In this document: positions 59,599 through 64,000 of the stretch, piece after piece
How positions within the stretch are numbered: the stretch's first letter is position 1
How the letters are laid out: each line of letters starts with the position of its first letter
Assembly: GCA_021795465.1 (NCBI GenBank)
Contig: JAJYPK010000003.1
Coordinates: forward strand, 6,915 to 70,914
Length of the DNA: 64,000 bases
Direction: 5' to 3'
From: Bacillota bacterium
GTDB lineage: Bacteria; Bacillota; Sulfobacillia; Sulfobacillales; Sulfobacillaceae
Program-made: the position numbers and the translations under genes
Notes under the pieces: generated by a model
Databases searched by the model: none
Seen by the model: the letters and a program-made list of their open reading frames with translations, nothing else
Told to the model about the DNA's origin: nothing

Positions 59599-60894
59599 AT
59601 GGCGATCGCGTTAGCCTCTGGATTATTTGTGGTAGTGCTGATATTAATCATCACGCAACCACGGGGATTGTCGATTGGATGGACGGCCGCCGGAGGGGCC
59701 GCGGTGGCTCTTCTTTTGGGAATAGTATCATGGAACAACGTCGGGACTGTGGTGGGAATTGTCTGGGATGCCACCCTGACGTTTGTGGCAGTCATTTTGA
59801 TTTCGCTGATTCTCGATGCGATAGGGTTTTTTGAATGGTCGGCGCTCCATATGGTGCGCTTCGCGCGCGGTCATGGACTTCGACTCTTTTTACTGATGGG
59901 AGTACTAGGGGCCCTCGTTGCCATGTTCTTTGCTAATGACGGAGCCGCGTTGATTTTGACCCCGATTGTCTATGAACAAGCCAAGGCCCTAAAACTCAAT
60001 ACCAAGGCCACGCTAGCTTTCATTATCTCTAGCGGTTTCATCGCGGATACCACGTCACTCCCCCTGGTGGTGTCCAATTTAGTAAACATTGTTTCTGCGG
60101 GATACTTTCATTTGGGATTTGCCTCCTATGCCATCCGTATGGTGCCGGTAGACGTGGTGGCGTTGGGTGCGAGTTTAGGTGTCCTATACCTCTTTTATCG
60201 GCGTGACTTACCGGACACTGTGTCCTCGACGGCACTGCCTTTACCGAAGACCGCTATCAAGGATCCCAAAGTGTTTCGTATCGCATGGATGGTCTTGGCA
60301 CTCTTACTGGTGGGTTATTTTGCGAGCCAACTCTTGCATTGGCCGGTTGCCGTGTTTGCCGGTGGTGCGGCGATGGGGCTCCTTCTCATCGCTTATCGGA
60401 GTCCTGTGGTACAGGTTTCTCAATTAATGAAAGAGGCTCCGTGGAAAATTGTGATCTTTTCGATTGGCATGTATGTCGTGGTGTTCGGACTCAGAAATGT
60501 TGGATTGACGCACCTCCTAGGTTCTTTGTTATCAATCTTGGCGACGCATGGCGCGTTTATCGGCGTCATCGGCACCGGCGTAATTGGTGCCGTGTTGTCC
60601 TCGTTTATGAATAATATGCCTACCGTGCTAATCAATGCACTAGCCATCCATGAGGCGACCGCGTCAACAACACTGCACACGGCCATGGCCTATGCCAATG
60701 TTGTGGGGTGTGATTTGGGTCCTAAGTTTACCCCGATCGGGTCACTGGCCACACTACTCTGGCTCCATGTGCTCGAGCGCCGCGGGATAAAGATTACGTG
60801 GGGATATTATGTTCGGGTAGGTATCATGCTTACGGTTCCCGTTTTGTTGGTGACGTTGGCCGCGTTATGGGGTTGGTCGGCGTTGATTGGATGA
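59599..60894 (+). CDS. arsB: Arsenite efflux permease (ArsB/NhaD-superfamily type)
   Basis: The 431-aa polytopic protein is ArsB-like throughout (FANDGAALILTPIV, SSFMNNMPTVLI). It lies directly downstream of arsR. Confidence 0.85.
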   Translation: MAIALASGLFVVVLILIITQPRGLSIGWTAAGGAAVALLLGIVSWNNVGTVVGIVWDATLTFVAVILISLILDAIGFFEWSALHMVRFARGHGLRLFLLMGVLGALVAMFFANDGAALILTPIVYEQAKALKLNTKATLAFIISSGFIADTTSLPLVVSNLVNIVSAGYFHLGFASYAIRMVPVDVVALGASLGVLYLFYRRDLPDTVSSTALPLPKTAIKDPKVFRIAWMVLALLLVGYFASQLLHWPVAVFAGGAAMGLLLIAYRSPVVQVSQLMKEAPWKIVIFSIGMYVVVFGLRNVGLTHLLGSLLSILATHGAFIGVIGTGVIGAVLSSFMNNMPTVLINALAIHEATASTTLHTAMAYANVVGCDLGPKFTPIGSLATLLWLHVLERRGIKITWGYYVRVGIMLTVPVLLVTLAALWGWSALIG

Positions 60895-60989
60895 TTAAAA
60901 CTAGTTGGATGAAACAATTTTCTCTCAAAAGGTATGGTAAACCTGCTGGCTAGGGAGATGTGGGTCGATCCATGGAGGAGGTAATAAAA

Positions 60990-62354
60990 GTGTCATCCAT
61001 TCTAATCATTGGGGGCAGTGATGCCGGAATTAGTGCCGCACTACGGATTAAGGAGCTTCAACCCAGGGCATCGGTGACGATGCTCGTGGCGGACGCCTAC
61101 CCCAACTATAGCATTTGCGGGTTACCATTTTATTTAAGTGGGGAAGTACCGGATTGGCATCAATTGGCACACCGTACATTGGAAGAGATTCAGTCGGCGG
61201 GAGTCACAGTGCAGTTGAATACCCGAGCGGTCGAGATCCACCCCAAAGCCCATACGGTCGTAACCTTATCAGATGACTGGGGTAAGGGCACACTGGATTA
61301 TGATCGTCTTGTGATAGCCACGGGGTCTGAACCCGTGTGTCCTCCGATTCGTGGAATTGACGAGCGGGGAGTTTTCCTACTGCATAGTATGGGTGATAGT
61401 TTTGCTGTGGCGGAATTTTTACGCCGTCATCAACCACGACGGGCGCTTATCATCGGGGCCGGTTATATTGGCTTAGAGATGGCTGATGCACTCACGCATC
61501 GGGGCCTAGCGGTAACTTTGGTGGAGCAGCAAAACACGGTGTTGCCTACCGTAGACGCACCGATGGGTACCGTTTTGGGTCATACGCTCGCCACCCAGGG
61601 AATTGATGTGCGGACTGGCGTGAAAATCGATCAGATTGAGCAGACGGGGCATTCCTTGCGGGTTTTGGGGACCTTAACATTCGACCAAGAAGTCGATATG
61701 GTTTTGGTTGTCGTGGGTGTGCAACCGGTCACGAGTCTTTTCAAGCAGACGGGGTTGAGATTAGGCGTGCGGGGGGCTATTCCCGTGAACCGTGCGATGG
61801 CGACTGAGCTTCCGGATGTTTATGCAGCCGGGGACTGTGTAGAGACCTACCACCGCATTCTAGGTACGGATACTTATCTGCCACTGGGGACGACCGCACA
61901 CAAACAAGGTCGCACGGCGGGAGAAAATGTCGTGGGGGGAACGGCTCAATTCGCCGGAACGCTCGGTACTCAGGTGGTCAAACTGTTTGAACTGGCTGTG
62001 GCTAGAACGGGATTACGAGATCATGAAGCTAAAGCCGCTGGGTATGCCCCAAAGACGGTTCAATGTGAAACCTGGGACCATAAAGCCTATTATCCGGGTG
62101 CGCAGTCGTTGACTTTTCGGATCACCGGTGATACACGAACGGGCCAGCTCTTGGGAGCGCAAATTCTTGGGCATTGGCAAGCGAGTGTGGCTAAACGCGC
62201 AGATTTGTTTGCTATGGCCCTTTATCACAGCATGACGATCAGCGAACTAATGGCTGTAGACCTTAGTTACACTCCGCCATTAGGGAGCCCGTGGGATGCG
62301 GTGCAAATGGCCGCACACCAGTGGCTCAGTGAGGCCGGAAAGCCGACCGATTAG
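60990..62354 (+). CDS. FAD-dependent pyridine nucleotide-disulfide oxidoreductase (CoA-disulfide reductase / NADH oxidase family)
   Basis: The sequence ILIIGGSDAG is followed by a single redox Cys in NYSICGLPFY. An NAD site IIGAGYIGLEMA and YAAGDC are also present. The GTG at 60990 follows GGAGGAGG. Confidence 0.85.
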   Translation: MSSILIIGGSDAGISAALRIKELQPRASVTMLVADAYPNYSICGLPFYLSGEVPDWHQLAHRTLEEIQSAGVTVQLNTRAVEIHPKAHTVVTLSDDWGKGTLDYDRLVIATGSEPVCPPIRGIDERGVFLLHSMGDSFAVAEFLRRHQPRRALIIGAGYIGLEMADALTHRGLAVTLVEQQNTVLPTVDAPMGTVLGHTLATQGIDVRTGVKIDQIEQTGHSLRVLGTLTFDQEVDMVLVVVGVQPVTSLFKQTGLRLGVRGAIPVNRAMATELPDVYAAGDCVETYHRILGTDTYLPLGTTAHKQGRTAGENVVGGTAQFAGTLGTQVVKLFELAVARTGLRDHEAKAAGYAPKTVQCETWDHKAYYPGAQSLTFRITGDTRTGQLLGAQILGHWQASVAKRADLFAMALYHSMTISELMAVDLSYTPPLGSPWDAVQMAAHQWLSEAGKPTD

Positions 62355-62426
62355 TTTTTGACAAGGATCTACCCGGCCTTAGAACACCGTGATGTTCAGA
62401 ACGTTCGGTGTTTAAAAACGATCCGA

Positions 62427-62480
62427 ATGGCTCTTATATCCCGCGATACGCGCAACGAGCCCGGGGGATATTAGAGCCAT
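62427..62480. repeat. Long inverted repeat (16-bp arms, one mismatch) in the leader of the 3D-domain gene
   Basis: ATGGCTCTTATATCCC (62427-42) pairs with GGGATATTAGAGCCAT (62465-80). The loop is about 22 nt. Confidence 0.7.
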
Positions 62481-62565
62481 CCTTCCTTATGTAATAACTT
62501 TGAGAAGTCGGGGGATTAAAGAACGCCCCGGAGTTCACACTATTATTAAAAAGGGGAGTTTCAGC

Positions 62566-63264
62566 ATGCGTCGTCACGTCAGATGGGGGATCGTCGGAGT
62601 CGGGGCGCTTATGACGATATCTTATGGTGTGGCGTCCATGCCGAAGCATTCACGGGTCAATGCGAGTGTTCCCTCTGGAGCAGGCGGACTTGCGACATGG
62701 CCCTGGGCACCACGAGGCATAACCTGGAGGTCGTCAGGATTTAACTTGGTGCCATATTCGGTGCGAGTGACCCATGATCCCAGCCTGCCAAAAGGACAAC
62801 GGATGCTTATTAGGCCGGGTGAGTCTGGAACCATTTATCGGGTGGGATCCATAAAGACCTTAGTGAGCCCACCGGTGAATGCTCATGTCCTTGTGGGTAC
62901 CGCGACTGTGCACACCTTGTCCATAGGAGGCCACGTCTATCGATATGACAAAGTGCTCTCCATGCTCACGACGGCCTATAACGGATCGACCAGTATGAAT
63001 GGACCATGGGGAGCTGTGGCGGCATGGGATGGGAAGCCGCTACACCCCGGAGATGTGGCCGTGGATCCGAGTGTCATACCCTTTGGAACGTATCTCTACA
63101 TTGACGGGTATGGACCCGCTCGGGCGGTGGATAGTGGATCGGCGATCATCGGCGACCATGTTGACCTGTTTTTCAAGGAGTCGTCGGCTAAGATTTCCGC
63201 CTGGGGCCTTCAATGGCATAAAGTTTATATCTTAGCTCAAAAACCTGGCAACTATGCTGGATAG
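62566..63264 (+). CDS. 3D-domain (MltA/RlpA-like) cell-wall protein
   Basis: An N-terminal signal or anchor is present. The C-terminal 3D domain reads GDVAVDPSVIPFGTYLYIDGYGPARAVDSGSAIIGDHVDLFF. The ATG at 62566 follows AAAGGGGAG. Confidence 0.82.
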   Translation: MRRHVRWGIVGVGALMTISYGVASMPKHSRVNASVPSGAGGLATWPWAPRGITWRSSGFNLVPYSVRVTHDPSLPKGQRMLIRPGESGTIYRVGSIKTLVSPPVNAHVLVGTATVHTLSIGGHVYRYDKVLSMLTTAYNGSTSMNGPWGAVAAWDGKPLHPGDVAVDPSVIPFGTYLYIDGYGPARAVDSGSAIIGDHVDLFFKESSAKISAWGLQWHKVYILAQKPGNYAG

Positions 63265-63325
63265 TTTTCTCCCAACCGGGATTGCGCTATGATAGTCCCA
63301 GAATGCAGAATTAGAGGAGATATTT

Positions 63326-64000
63326 ATGGGACTATTATCCGGTGTGCGTGCCGTTGTCGTAGGCATTGCGAATAAGCGAAGCATGGCTTGGGGGATCGCG
63401 CAGGCTTTCGATCGAGAGGGCGCAGATCTCATCACCACCTACCAAAACGATCGCTTAAAGGGAAATCTCGACAAGTTAATCCCGGAACTTTCGCATCCAC
63501 CCCTGGTGTTTCCTCTCGATGTGACGGTGGACGGAAACATCGAGAACTTCCAAACGCAGATGGAACATGCGTGGCCGGATGGCGCCCATGTTTTGGTGCA
63601 TTCAATGGCCCATGCCAAACGCGACGATATGAAAGGACGATTCGTCGATACCTCGTGGGATGGATATATGTTAGCGCAGAATGTGAGCGCATATTCCCTA
63701 ACGGCCCTAGCTCGGGTCATGTTGCCGTCATTTGAAAAAACAGGCTCGGGCAGTATCATCACCTTGACCTACGAGGGATCCACGCGGGTAATGCCTAATT
63801 ATAATGTAATGGGTGTGGCCAAGGCTGCGTTAGAATCCTCGGTTAGGTATCTCGCGTTGGATCTCGGTAAGGATCACATCCGGGTCAATGCTATATCGGC
63901 TGGCGCTGTGAAAACATTGGCCGGCGCAGGTGTCAAAGGTATCTCGACGGCGTTACATGCAGTGACCGAAAAGGCACCCATTCCCGAAAACATTTCCATC
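63326..64000 (+). CDS. fabI: Enoyl-ACP reductase (NADH), 5' partial at window edge
   Basis: My own translation gives MGLLSGVRAVVVGIANKRSMAWGIAQAF...YNVMGVAKAALESSVRYLALDLG (Y-x6-K). The gene runs off the window and so is absent from the ORF track. Confidence 0.9.
   Translation, partial: MGLLSGVRAVVVGIANKRSMAWGIAQAFDREGADLITTYQNDRLKGNLDKLIPELSHPPLVFPLDVTVDGNIENFQTQMEHAWPDGAHVLVHSMAHAKRDDMKGRFVDTSWDGYMLAQNVSAYSLTALARVMLPSFEKTGSGSIITLTYEGSTRVMPNYNVMGVAKAALESSVRYLALDLGKDHIRVNAISAGAVKTLAGAGVKGISTALHAVTEKAPIPENISI

Noticed and set aside
62355-62565. I considered assigning the 3D-gene leader to the c-di-AMP (ydaO) riboswitch.
   Set aside because: Only loose resemblances are present (CCGAAT and two GGGGAT boxes). 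The long perfect hairpin is not part of the ydaO architecture as I remember it. I kept it only as an unclassified structured leader.

Overview
This 64-kb window looks like a chromosomal segment from a moderately GC-rich, Firmicutes-like bacterium. The gene order resembles Bacillus. An acidophile such as Sulfobacillus is only a guess from gene content and composition. Most of the window is core metabolism. It holds a minus-strand menaquinone operon (menF-D-H-B-E-A, no menC). It holds a T-box-led branched-chain amino acid operon with an unusual order (ilvH-ilvC-leuA-leuB-ilvB-ilvE-pheA). It also holds icd-mdh, sucCD, hemA-hemX-hemC-hemD-hemB (no hemL), selA, etfBA, a four-tRNA cluster (Val-Asp-Phe-Asp) and the 5' part of fabI. 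Less ordinary parts are: (1) a UgtP-like glycosyltransferase, an MFS transporter and a CE4 deacetylase in one cluster, which I read as a candidate amino-glycolipid pathway; (2) CoxG-XdhC-MocA molybdoenzyme maturation genes with no catalytic subunits nearby, followed by an acyl-CoA synthetase and a hydrolase; (3) a histidine kinase/LuxR regulator, TatC and a membrane-fused HdrD/EtfD-like Fe-S oxidoreductase; (4) a decaying accessory island at 36-40 kb with four intact GNAT genes, two GNAT pseudogenes and a serine-recombinase remnant directly upstream of icd; (5) a divergent pair of XRE repressors with three TTGCC-N4/5-GGCAA palindromes between sucCD and hemA; (6) selA, whose conserved N-terminus lies upstream of any canonical start codon; (7) two very different tRNA-Asp(GUC) genes; (8) a decayed permease pair, 0.7 kb of unassigned DNA and an arsR-arsB-CoADR-like locus downstream of the tRNAs. 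I saw no CRISPR array, intact transposase or recognisable defence system. All product calls come from reading motifs in the supplied translations by eye. No searches were run.
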